Part shown: positions 15,260-22,860 of the stretch, piece by piece
Position numbering within the stretch: position 1 is the stretch's first letter
Layout of the letters: the number at the start of each line of letters is the position of its first letter
Translations under genes and position numbers: made by a program
Source: Bacillus sp. CGMCC 1.16607
Lineage (GTDB): Bacteria > Bacillota > Bacilli > Bacillales > Cytobacillaceae
Direction: 5' to 3'
Length of the DNA stretch: 24,000 nt
Assembly: GCF_042683745.1 (NCBI RefSeq)
Contig: NZ_JBHUJX010000019.1
Location: 203,978-227,977, forward strand
Notes under the pieces: model-generated
Databases searched by the model: none
What the model was told of the DNA's origin: nothing
The model's input: only the letters and a program-made list of their open reading frames with translations

Positions 15260-16834
15260 TCAATTCACTAACACATCAATTAATGTTAATTCTGATGGAT
15301 TGCTTAAGGCTGTCGTCAACATTTGTTCGAAATCAGCTAAATCTTTAGGTCTTACTCCTTTTATTCCAAAGCTCTTCGCTAATTGAACATAGTCAGGGTT
15401 TCCGAATGGTGTCCCGAAAGTACTATTAAATTTTTTTAACATCATTTGTTCTTCCAATTTCAATTTTCCATCGTTTAAAATAATGATAATCAATGAAGTG
15501 CCTAGGCGTTTTGCCGTCTCGATTTCAGCAAAATTCATCAAGGCTCCGCCATCGCCAGTAATACAAATAACATGTTCATCTGGGCATGCTAGTTTAGCCC
15601 CTATCGCACCAGGTATCGCGATTCCCATTGATGCTAAACCATTTGAAATAATCAGACCGTTCGCCTTCTTTGGTTGATAAGTGCGAGCAATGGATACTTT
15701 ATGAGCACCTACATCCGAGATGACAATCGATTTATCGGACGACAGTTTTTCTATTACGCTTATTACATTTTCTATTGATAGTAAAGGGTTCACTTCATTC
15801 GTATCGATTTGATAAGATTGTTTGATCTGTTCTTTCAGATTCCCACTTGGAACCCATGGTTTAGGTGAGGGCTCAAGCTTATGTAAAAATTGTTTTACTT
15901 CTCCCACCAATTCTAATTGCACAGGATAATATTCATCCATTTCTGCTGGTAGTGCATCAATATGTAATATAGGGAGTTTCTTTTTATTCCAATCCTTTGG
16001 TAGTCTTTCAACTAAATCAAATCCTATAACAATCAGTAAGTCTGATTCATCTATCACACGAGTAGCTTCATCCTTCTCTTTAAACCCAAACGTAAAGTAA
16101 TTGAGTGGGTGATTTTTAGAGAGTATACCTTTAGCCGTAAAACTATGAATAGCGGGTGACTGAAGTTTTTCAATAAAGGCTTGTACTTCCCCTATAGCGT
16201 TTTGCCTAATCACTCCATTTCCAATAATAATAAGTGGTTTCTTAGATTGTTGAATGAGTGAATAGGCATCTTTTATTGACTGTTCCACTGGACTAGTTGA
16301 AGGAATAGGTATAACTGGTAACGGAATAGTTGAAATCATTTGCGCTGCTAAATTCTCTGGTAATTCTATTAATACAGCTCCTGGCTTTTCCATTTTTGCT
16401 AATCGAAATGCCTTTCTAATGATCTCAGCCGTCGTTTCGGAATTTTTTATTTGGACACTCCACTTTGTTGAAGGTTCAAAAATTTTAACTAAATCCAAAT
16501 ATTGATGAGATTCTTTATGTTGCCTTTCAAAACCTGCCTGTCCTGTAATTGCTACAACCGGTGAATAGTCTAAATTTGCACTTGCAATTCCTGTTAATAA
16601 GTTGATAGCTCCAGGTCCTAATGTGGCTAAACATACTCCAACCTTATTTGATAATCGACCGTAGACATCTGCCATGAAAGCAGCACTCTGCTCATGCCGA
16701 ACAGTGATATACTGAATGTTTTGTGATTTTGACAAAGAATCAATTAGGTCGACTGTTTCTGAGCCCATGATTCCAAATATATACTCGACCCCTTCATTTT
16801 CTAAACATTGAACCATTAAATCTGTAACCTTCAT
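15260..16834 (-). CDS. Thiamine-pyrophosphate-dependent enzyme (acetolactate-synthase-like)
   Basis: N-terminal TPP-pyrimidine domain (LENEGVEYIFG..G...DLIDSL...RHEQSAAFMADVYGR, GPGAINLLTGIA). C-terminal TPP-binding motif (GDGGALMNFAEIETA...IIILNDG). Start set to ATG 16834; the substrate cannot be assigned. Confidence 0.8.
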   Translation of the reverse strand: MKVTDLMVQCLENEGVEYIFGIMGSETVDLIDSLSKSQNIQYITVRHEQSAAFMADVYGRLSNKVGVCLATLGPGAINLLTGIASANLDYSPVVAITGQAGFERQHKESHQYLDLVKIFEPSTKWSVQIKNSETTAEIIRKAFRLAKMEKPGAVLIELPENLAAQMISTIPLPVIPIPSTSPVEQSIKDAYSLIQQSKKPLIIIGNGVIRQNAIGEVQAFIEKLQSPAIHSFTAKGILSKNHPLNYFTFGFKEKDEATRVIDESDLLIVIGFDLVERLPKDWNKKKLPILHIDALPAEMDEYYPVQLELVGEVKQFLHKLEPSPKPWVPSGNLKEQIKQSYQIDTNEVNPLLSIENVISVIEKLSSDKSIVISDVGAHKVSIARTYQPKKANGLIISNGLASMGIAIPGAIGAKLACPDEHVICITGDGGALMNFAEIETAKRLGTSLIIIILNDGKLKLEEQMMLKKFNSTFGTPFGNPDYVQLAKSFGIKGVRPKDLADFEQMLTTALSNPSELTLIDVLVN

Positions 16835-16910
16835 CGTCCTCTTCCCTTCCAAAAATAGGTCAATAAAACTGTTTGAAATTAGTTTTATCCAATATTTTCT
16901 TTTTCATGTT

Positions 16911-16953
16911 AAGAAAAGCGGAAGCGCCTTTATTAGCCCCAATAAAGAAGACT
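16911..16953 (+). repeat. Family-A element, copy 4 (left-end fragment only)
   Basis: AGAAAAGCGGAAGCGCCTTTATTAGCCCCAATAAAGAAGACT matches the first roughly 43 bp of full-length copies, then diverges. Confidence 0.7.
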
Positions 16954-17027
16954 AAAAAAAGTTTGTATAATTCACTGGCTAGTCAAGTATGATTAAGTTA
17001 GAAATTCATTTTTATGGGGTGGAAATC

Positions 17028-17591
17028 GTGTATTTGTTTTCTACTATTACTCATGAAACCCGATCCATTGTACAGTCTTTTAGTAAAATTTCTAAAACAA
17101 AGCGAATGATTATCGGTTCCATATTTAGTTGTTTGGCCGCAGTATTCCAAATGGCGGGTGGTCTTCTGCCGGTTGTAGGATACTTTATTAGCCCTTTAGC
17201 AACTGCACCTATTCTGATTTGTTCCATTTTTTCTAAGTCATTCGGATTATCTTCCTACCTACTAACCATATTATTACTACTAGTTCTGGAACCAAGTGAA
17301 TTGATCATTTTTCCTTTTACAACGGGGTTACTAGGATTAGGAATCGGATTTGCCTTTCACTATTTCGAAAAAAGGTTAAGTATTATTTTGAGTGGCGCTA
17401 TCTCATTAACATCTGGAATCACCATATTATTATTCGGCATGCAATTTCCCGTTTTAGGACCAAGTGTTTCTCATGATTTTGATCTATTAATGATCGGATC
17501 CATTTTTTTATGTTCCATTTTTTATAGTTGGCTATGGGTTGGCTTCGCCTTCAAGAATATTAAAAAATTTCATAAAAGTTTATGGACATAA
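17028..17591 (+). CDS. Polytopic membrane protein of unknown function
   Basis: Five to six TM helices, no motif I can name. Start probably GTG 17028 (GGGGTGGA RBS) rather than track ATG 16989, which sits about 12-19 nt after a TGTATAAT extended -10 (16963-16970). Confidence 0.45.
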   Translation: MYLFSTITHETRSIVQSFSKISKTKRMIIGSIFSCLAAVFQMAGGLLPVVGYFISPLATAPILICSIFSKSFGLSSYLLTILLLLVLEPSELIIFPFTTGLLGLGIGFAFHYFEKRLSIILSGAISLTSGITILLFGMQFPVLGPSVSHDFDLLMIGSIFLCSIFYSWLWVGFAFKNIKKFHKSLWT

Positions 17592-17592
17592 A

Positions 17593-17625
17593 GAAGCAGG
17601 GACCTTCACTGGCCCCTGCTTCTTT
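17593..17625. terminator. Bidirectional terminator between the membrane-protein gene and ctaB
   Basis: Hairpin GAAGCAGGGACC / GGCCCCTGCTTC with T-rich flanks on both strands. Confidence 0.75.
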
Positions 17626-17644
17626 ATTATTCATTAAAAAAGTA

Positions 17645-18586
17645 TTAAGAAAATATTGGAAGTGTGACAATAACAGCCATTAGGAATATGATCGTTATAT
17701 AATTCACTGAATAAATGAAATTCACGCGCGCCCATTTTAGATCATCTTTTGTGAAAAAACCACTAATACACACAACTAACCAGCCAATATTTAGTGCGGT
17801 CGCAATGACAATAAAGGCTGTACCAAGTGACCCTAAATAAAATGGTAGTGGCAGTAAGCCCACAGTATAAATAGCCATTTGCCGCTTTGTCATTTCGAAA
17901 CCGTGGACAACTGGAAGCATCGCTACTTTTGCTGCTTTGTATTCTTCATATTTTCTTATGGCAATTGCAAAAGTATGTGGCATTTGCCAAATAAACAGGA
18001 TCAGAAACAACATAATCGGAACGACATGAAAACCTGGTGCAATGGCTGTCCAGCCTATTAATGGTGTAACTGCACCTGAAATACTTCCAATAACTGTATT
18101 AAGTGTATATCTTCGTTTAGACCACATCGTATACAAAATAACATACGTAAACCAACCAACGAATGCGTAAATAACTGATTCAAAGGTCGTAAATAATAAT
18201 AGAATAAAGCCAATAATAGTTAGGGCAATTCCTAATGCTAAAACCACTTTAAGAGAAATATTGCCTGTTACAGTTGGACGGTTTTTCGTTCTTTCCATGA
18301 TTGTATCAATGTCGACATCGTACCAATTATTAAGAATAAGTGCTCCAGCCATAACTAAAGTACTTCCGATTAATGTTAACCAAAATAAATCCAAGTGATC
18401 AGCTAATGATGCATCGGTAAAATAGAGCGCTAACCAAAAACCAGTAAATACTGGTAAGACATTTGCAATTAAAACAATTCCTTTAAATAATGACTTTAGA
18501 TCAGAAAGCAAACTAAAAAAACTTCGACCATTCGATAAAGCCGTTCCCCCAACCTTCTGTTGAGAAGGTATCTCATATTTGCTCAT
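17645..18586 (-). CDS. ctaB: Protoheme IX farnesyltransferase (heme O synthase)
   Basis: UbiA-family prenyltransferase with the CtaB/CyoE motifs LNNWYDVDIDTIMERTKNRP and YTLNTVIGSISGAVTPLIGW. Nine TM helices. GAGGAGG RBS. Confidence 0.9.
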   Translation of the reverse strand: MSKYEIPSQQKVGGTALSNGRSFFSLLSDLKSLFKGIVLIANVLPVFTGFWLALYFTDASLADHLDLFWLTLIGSTLVMAGALILNNWYDVDIDTIMERTKNRPTVTGNISLKVVLALGIALTIIGFILLLFTTFESVIYAFVGWFTYVILYTMWSKRRYTLNTVIGSISGAVTPLIGWTAIAPGFHVVPIMLFLILFIWQMPHTFAIAIRKYEEYKAAKVAMLPVVHGFEMTKRQMAIYTVGLLPLPFYLGSLGTAFIVIATALNIGWLVVCISGFFTKDDLKWARVNFIYSVNYITIIFLMAVIVTLPIFS

Positions 18587-18703
18587 TTAATATCCTCCTC
18601 TAAGAAGAAATCATACATTTGCAATGATACTGTATTTTGGACAGATTGTCATTTCAATTACATATATTTAGAAAAGAATATGATGGAAATTTAATTAGTT
18701 GAT

Positions 18704-18823
18704 AGAAAAGCGGAAGCGCACTTGTAAGCCCCGATAAAGTAGACTGGTCGATTGGCTAGAGTTACGTCGGGGCTGAGACGCTTGCGCTGGACAATTTTCG
18801 TAGTCCGGAAATGTTATACTTTT
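18704..18823 (+). repeat. Family-A element, copy 5 (left and right ends joined, internal modules absent)
   Basis: AGAAAAGCGGAAGCGCACTTGTAAGCCCCGATAAAGTAGACTGGTCGATTGGC joined directly to ACGTCGGGGCTGAGACGCTTGCGCTGGACAATTTTCGTAGTCCGGAAATGTTATACTTT. Confidence 0.85.
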
Positions 18824-18827
18824 TACT

Positions 18828-18858
18828 GAAAAAAGACACTCCAAATCGAGTGCCTTTT
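18828..18858 (-). terminator. Rho-independent terminator after the orf1-like membrane gene
   Basis: Minus-strand hairpin AGGCACTC / GAGTGTCT followed by TTTTTT, 18 nt after the stop at 18876. Confidence 0.7.
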
Positions 18859-18875
18859 CATTTATATTTATTATT

Positions 18876-19451
18876 TTAGGCATCCTCTTCTACCATTTCA
18901 TATTCAGAAGGGTCAATGAAAAAGGTATAACCTAAATAGATAACCATCCCTATAGCTGTTGTTAAAAATCCCCAGCCTAGAATAATTTGGTCAATCACCA
19001 AATAGTTATTACATAATTGGTCTTGGGATTGAATGTACAACCATCCTAATCCTAAAAATAGGATAGTAAAAAAAATAATGATGATATTTTTCCCTCTTGC
19101 CCCAAGCTTTTTCCAACTATCCCGTAACGGAATTCCCGCTAAAAAAGGTAGACTTATAAATTTAAACATTTCTACACCTTGTACCGTTAACGCCTCATCC
19201 ATTGTCCGCGGAAGCATCCAATACACCATAACAATTGAAAAGAGGATCATTCCGGGGACTCCATCACTATTCCATTTTTCAAAAAATCCTTTAAATCGTA
19301 CTTGGAAAAAACGTGCCATTAATAATCCGGCAATAACGAACATAGGCATTTGCATATGCATATGCATGATCATGACCGATTCCATAAACTTTGCTACAGG
19401 AGGAATAATTAAAAAGATAAATAACAATAACCCATAGAAAGATTGGTTCAT
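18876..19451 (-). CDS. Met/His-rich polytopic membrane protein, candidate metallation/assembly factor (orf1 of a norSY-senC-orf1-type cluster)
   Basis: 191 aa with about six TM helices. Motif MESVMIMHMHMQMPM at the start of TM2. Start ATG lies 3 nt after the SCO stop, with the AAAGGGGGA RBS inside the SCO gene end (translational coupling). Confidence 0.6.
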   Translation of the reverse strand: MNQSFYGLLLFIFLIIPPVAKFMESVMIMHMHMQMPMFVIAGLLMARFFQVRFKGFFEKWNSDGVPGMILFSIVMVYWMLPRTMDEALTVQGVEMFKFISLPFLAGIPLRDSWKKLGARGKNIIIIFFTILFLGLGWLYIQSQDQLCNNYLVIDQIILGWGFLTTAIGMVIYLGYTFFIDPSEYEMVEEDA

Positions 19452-19454
19452 CGT

Positions 19455-20087
19455 TTATTCCCCCTTTCCTTCATTAAGGATATTGATAATCGTTTTAGCT
19501 GCTTCATCAGGCTTCGTATAATCCATCACATTAACTAGGTTACCTTTTTTATCGACTAAATAAAAAGCCGAATTATGCGCAAAATTTCCATTTCCATCTG
19601 GAATAACTGTTACTCCGAACCTTTTTAATAAAGAATCTAATTCGGTTTGGTTCGGAATTCTTGCCATTCGCCAGGTTTCCCCATCACTATTAAAGATTTC
19701 TTTATATTGATCAAGTCTTGCTGGATCATCTCTGGTTGGGTCGAAGCTAATACTTAGAAATACAATCTCTTTTCCTATATTTTCACTGGGTAACAAATCG
19801 TACACTTGACCCATGTTTTTTTCCAATTGAGGGCATACCGTTCCACACGAAGTATACATAAATGTGATCAACACATATTTATCTTTGAACTCAGAAATAA
19901 AATATTCCCGTTCCTTGCTATCCTCCAACGTTACTTGAGGAAAGCTAGGCTTATCATCAATGAGTCGATTGACTCTCGCCGTTTCAGCTGTATAGGCTGT
20001 AAAACCATCTGTTCCAATATAAAATAAAACAATTCCAAAAAAGAAAACGAATAAATATGAAATGACAGTTTGCCGATTTTTAATCAT
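19455..20087 (-). CDS. SCO1/SenC-family copper chaperone (thioredoxin fold, membrane anchored)
   Basis: CxxxC motif (TSCGTVCPQ) and the distal His (FAHNSAFYLVDKKG) are both present, with an N-terminal TM anchor. Start set to ATG 20087 (GGGAAGTGG RBS), because the first 20 codons of the track ORF run through an upstream hairpin. Confidence 0.85.
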   Translation of the reverse strand: MIKNRQTVISYLFVFFFGIVLFYIGTDGFTAYTAETARVNRLIDDKPSFPQVTLEDSKEREYFISEFKDKYVLITFMYTSCGTVCPQLEKNMGQVYDLLPSENIGKEIVFLSISFDPTRDDPARLDQYKEIFNSDGETWRMARIPNQTELDSLLKRFGVTVIPDGNGNFAHNSAFYLVDKKGNLVNVMDYTKPDEAAKTIINILNEGKGE

Positions 20088-20127
20088 ATCGACCACTTCC
20101 CAAGTTAAAATTTCCAAATAAGTGTAT

Positions 20128-20164
20128 AAAGAGATAGCCCTAGACACCGAGCTATCTCTTTTTT
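20128..20164. other. Stem-loop between subunit I and SCO genes (possible intra-operon attenuator or processing site)
   Basis: AAAGAGATAGC (20128-20138) pairs with GCTATCTCTTT (20151-20161). The T-run is better on the plus strand (TTTTTT) than on the operon (minus) strand (TTTAT). Confidence 0.45.
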
Positions 20165-20187
20165 AAAAGATCATTTTTTCTTTTCTA

Positions 20188-20311
20188 ACTGTCCAGCTCC
20201 AGCGGCTAGCCCCTCGAGGTCAAAACCCAATCCGTCATGAAGGTTAAAGAACAACCTTCAAGCCGGCTCGTCTTTTGCTTGTCGGGGCTGATCAAGCCGC
20301 TTCCGCTTTTC
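20188..20311 (-). repeat. Family-A element, copy 6 (medium form, inverted orientation, inside the operon)
   Basis: Minus strand reads CGAAAAGCGGAAGCGGCTTGATCAGCCCCGACAAGCAAAAG...TTGAAGGTTGTTCTTTAACCTTCA...GACCTCGAGGGGCTAGCCGCTGGAGCTGGACAG. It begins 4 nt after the subunit I stop codon. Confidence 0.85.
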
Positions 20312-20314
20312 GTT

Positions 20315-22012
20315 TTACCAAGTCTTAAAAGGTGGTGAACCTGGAGGTGCATTTACAATCATATCTACTACTGGAATTACATAGGCCATTGCGACAACGA
20401 TGATCATAAGTACAACCCATAGTCCCCATCTTTCTGTCCAATATGGAGTTTTCGGTGCATTCTCTTCTTCTTCTGCAACTGGGAACTCTGTTACTCCTTT
20501 TGGTGCAAAGAACATCATATTAAATACGGCAAACACCTGAATCAGAACAGCAACCGTTAACACGGTTCCACCAATAGCTAACATCATCATATATGGATCC
20601 CAGCCTAATGTTGTTGCAAAGTCACCATATGTTGTATAGGAAGTTCTGCGTGGTGCACCAAACAATCCAACTGTGTGTTGAGCGCCTGACATTAATACCA
20701 TACCAATTGTCCAAAGAATCGTTTGGATAATACCTAGTTTATTTATTTGAGGTGTTAGTACACGTCCTGAAACATAAGGAACTAACCAATAAGAAACTCC
20801 AAAGAATGTTACGGCAACTGTTATACCTAATGTTAAGTGAAAATGGCCAACAACCCAGAGAGTGTTATGAACAACTTGGTCTAATTGGTTTGTGCTTTGA
20901 ACAATACCACCTGCACCAGCTGGAGCAAACGCTGCCATACCGATAAATGGAGCTAAGAAGCGAACATCACCCCATGGTAATTTCTTAAACCAACCAAAAG
21001 CACCTTTTCCACCTTTTGCTCTGCCTGTTTTTTCAAATACTCTAAACATCGCGTAAGCTGTCATCAATGATGGGAAACCGATTGCTAAACTCATAAATAC
21101 GTGCATAAATTTGATTTCTGGTGAAATCGCAGGGTCTACGATTTGATGGTGGAATCCACCAGTAATATTCATGATTACTAATGGAACGATAACCATACGA
21201 GTTAGTAGGTCACTCCAGCGATTACCACCGATTATTTTCGGCACGATGACGTACCATACAGATACAGCTGTTAAATACCAAATATTAACGGCTGTGTGTC
21301 CAAATGCCCAAAATAATGTACGTGCAAGCATTACATTAATTCCATCAACCCAACCATGAACCCATGGAATGATCATGAATAGTACTTCTGCTGCAACAAA
21401 TAATGTAGATCCTACTAAAAGAACATGAACGCCTGTAGCAAAGTAAGCTAAAATTGGTAGGTGTTGGCCTTTATGGGCTTTTCTCCAATTTGCTACTTGA
21501 ATAAAGATACTGATTGAATTCGTCCAAATACCTAGTACGATCAGAACTAATCCATAATAGAAAACTGGATGTGCTGCCAATGGTGGATAGAAGGTAAACA
21601 TAACAGAAGCTTCACCTAGTATAATCATGGTAGCAACCATTGCAACACCAAGAACTTCTAATGCAAAGCCAATCCAAGCCATTTTTCTAACGACCGGCAA
21701 TAGACCGCCTAATGTATGGGAAACACCTGCATAGAAGTATCCAATAGTAAAAGTGGCGCAAAAGACTAAAAGTAACAAAATTCCATGTGCGCTTAATACT
21801 TGATAATAATTAAGCCATGATGGCAACTCTAGCAGACCAGCACGGTTCAAACCTTGAACTAATCCTAATAGACCACCAAGAAGTAATGCGATAAAAGTGA
21901 CAGATAAATATGATTTCGTTATAATTGCATCTTGCAGGTTTGCACCTAGAACCTTATTTGTTTTTTCTTTAAAGACAGATTTCGTTTTTCCTGTTTGTAA
22001 GACTGATTCCAC
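20315..22012 (-). CDS. Heme-copper oxidoreductase subunit I, B-family (ba3)-like but lacking the cross-linked Tyr (sNOR/NorS-like candidate)
   Basis: Collinear with Thermus ba3 subunit I as I recall it. All six metal-ligand His are present (H76; H239; H288-H289 in GGFHHQ; H390 and H392 in GHFHL). The HPxVY motif reads H239-T-A-V-N243. GTG start with AAGGAGGG RBS. Confidence 0.9.
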   Translation of the reverse strand: MESVLQTGKTKSVFKEKTNKVLGANLQDAIITKSYLSVTFIALLLGGLLGLVQGLNRAGLLELPSWLNYYQVLSAHGILLLLVFCATFTIGYFYAGVSHTLGGLLPVVRKMAWIGFALEVLGVAMVATMIILGEASVMFTFYPPLAAHPVFYYGLVLIVLGIWTNSISIFIQVANWRKAHKGQHLPILAYFATGVHVLLVGSTLFVAAEVLFMIIPWVHGWVDGINVMLARTLFWAFGHTAVNIWYLTAVSVWYVIVPKIIGGNRWSDLLTRMVIVPLVIMNITGGFHHQIVDPAISPEIKFMHVFMSLAIGFPSLMTAYAMFRVFEKTGRAKGGKGAFGWFKKLPWGDVRFLAPFIGMAAFAPAGAGGIVQSTNQLDQVVHNTLWVVGHFHLTLGITVAVTFFGVSYWLVPYVSGRVLTPQINKLGIIQTILWTIGMVLMSGAQHTVGLFGAPRRTSYTTYGDFATTLGWDPYMMMLAIGGTVLTVAVLIQVFAVFNMMFFAPKGVTEFPVAEEEENAPKTPYWTERWGLWVVLMIIVVAMAYVIPVVDMIVNAPPGSPPFKTW

Positions 22013-22026
22013 GGTTCTTCCCTCCT

Positions 22027-22488
22027 TTATTTAACTGTTATCGTTGTACTCATTACTTGGTGGCCGGCACCGCAATATTCATTACATAACACAAGATACT
22101 TACCAGGCTTATCAAATTTTTGTGTGATTTTTTGAATATGTCCTGGCATAACCATTGCGTTGATATTCGTGTTAGCCACTTGGAATCCATGTACAACATC
22201 CTTTGATGTTAAGGTGAAATGTACAGTCGATCCTGCCGGTACTTCAATATTCCCTGGGTTAAAGCTAAAAATCTGAAGCGTCATAACGACTTCATATTCA
22301 TTTTCACCAATCTTTTTAACACCTGGTTGATCGAATGGGGCTGTTTGATCTACTTTTTGTGGATCAATCGTTTCTTTATGACTTGGTGGTTCCATTCCTA
22401 AGGCAAATCCTTGGTAACCTGTAATAATCATAAAGATCATGATCATACCGAAACTTAAAGCAAGCCATATTTTTTCATCTTTATGCAT
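22027..22488 (-). CDS. Heme-copper oxidoreductase subunit II with intact CuA site (ba3 CbaB-like / NorY-like)
   Basis: Single N-terminal TM helix, cupredoxin domain, and complete CuA ligands: H in DVVHGF plus C-N-E-Y-C-G-A-G-H-Q-V-M. Confidence 0.9.
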   Translation of the reverse strand: MHKDEKIWLALSFGMIMIFMIITGYQGFALGMEPPSHKETIDPQKVDQTAPFDQPGVKKIGENEYEVVMTLQIFSFNPGNIEVPAGSTVHFTLTSKDVVHGFQVANTNINAMVMPGHIQKITQKFDKPGKYLVLCNEYCGAGHQVMSTTITVK

Positions 22489-22500
22489 TTTCTTTCCCCC

Positions 22501-22647
22501 CTATACTCTAGCCATAAATAGACCGAATAGTACAAAATACGTAATAAGAATGACTCCTCCAACTATTCCTACAGAAATCCACGTCCCTACTTTCGAATCG
22601 TGGTCTTTATCTAACTTTTCTTCACGGTTAACTTTTGTAGTTGCCAC
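22501..22647 (-). CDS. Unannotated 48-aa single-TM protein, subunit IIa (CbaD)-like
   Basis: GTG start 10 nt after AAGGAGG. Translation: MATTKVNREEKLDKDHDSKVGTWISVGIVGGVILITYFVLFGLFMARV. The stop is 12 nt before the subunit II ATG. One TM helix ends in F-x-A-R, like the Thermus ba3 subunit IIa C-terminus (..VFFARG). It is below the size cut-off of the ORF track. Confidence 0.6.
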   Translation of the reverse strand: MATTKVNREEKLDKDHDSKVGTWISVGIVGGVILITYFVLFGLFMARV

Positions 22648-22681
22648 TGAAAATCAACCTCCTTATATTGTTCATACTCAT

Positions 22682-22746
22682 ATTTTAAATGCGAATCATT
22701 ATCAGCGTAGTGAACTGAATCACATGCAACTGTGATTTTACTAACA
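22682..22746 (-). promoter_or_regulatory. Fnr/Crp-type activated promoter: two TGTGA-N6-TCAC(A/T) boxes plus TAAAAT -10
   Basis: Minus strand reads TGTTA-GTAAAA-TCACA (22731-22746), 6 nt, TGTGA-TTCAGT-TCACT (22709-22724), 21 nt, TAAAAT (22682-22687). The proximal box centre is about 41-42 nt upstream of the predicted start site, and box centres are 22 bp apart. Confidence 0.6.
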
Positions 22747-22750
22747 CTCC

Positions 22751-22797
22751 AAATAAAAAAGCAGCGAACAACCTCTTCAAAGGTTTTATCGCTGCTT
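22751..22797 (-). terminator. Rho-independent terminator upstream of the Fnr boxes
   Basis: Minus-strand hairpin AAGCAGCGA ... TCGCTGCTT (with an inner AACCT/AGGTT stem) followed by TTTTTTATTT. Confidence 0.75.
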
Positions 22798-22860
22798 GTT
22801 CTTGAACACTAGATTCACATGTATCATTTGAGATAAACTTTCACTCCTACTTCCCACCTC

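Noticed and set aside
14971-15386. Track ORFs 14971-15186(-), 15047-15250(-) and 15072-15386(+)
   Set aside because: They lie entirely or mostly inside family-A copy 3, and 15072-15386 continues antisense into the TPP-enzyme gene. They are mutually overlapping with no translation signals. The same applies to 18695-18883(-) in copy 5.
17645-18586. ctaB adjacency as proof that the neighbouring enzyme is an O2 reductase using heme O/A
   Set aside because: ctaB is separated from the operon by a terminator, a repeat element and its own promoter-like sequence, so co-regulation is not established. Heme type must be measured and cannot be inferred from synteny.
20087-20147. N-terminal extensions in the track ORFs (SCO 20147, MCP 4088, EIICB 11831, EIIA 12515, TPP enzyme 16852, ABM 442, LiaI-like 10226)
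   Set aside because: In each case an internal ATG has a well-spaced Shine-Dalgarno sequence, while the upstream alternative start lies within that SD or within a hairpin. The shorter coordinates are reported, with residual uncertainty.
1138-20311. Family-A repeats as a CRISPR array
   Set aside because: Copies are 43-288 bp, kilobases apart, separated by ordinary genes, and variable in length. There is no short repeat with regular spacer periodicity and there are no cas genes.
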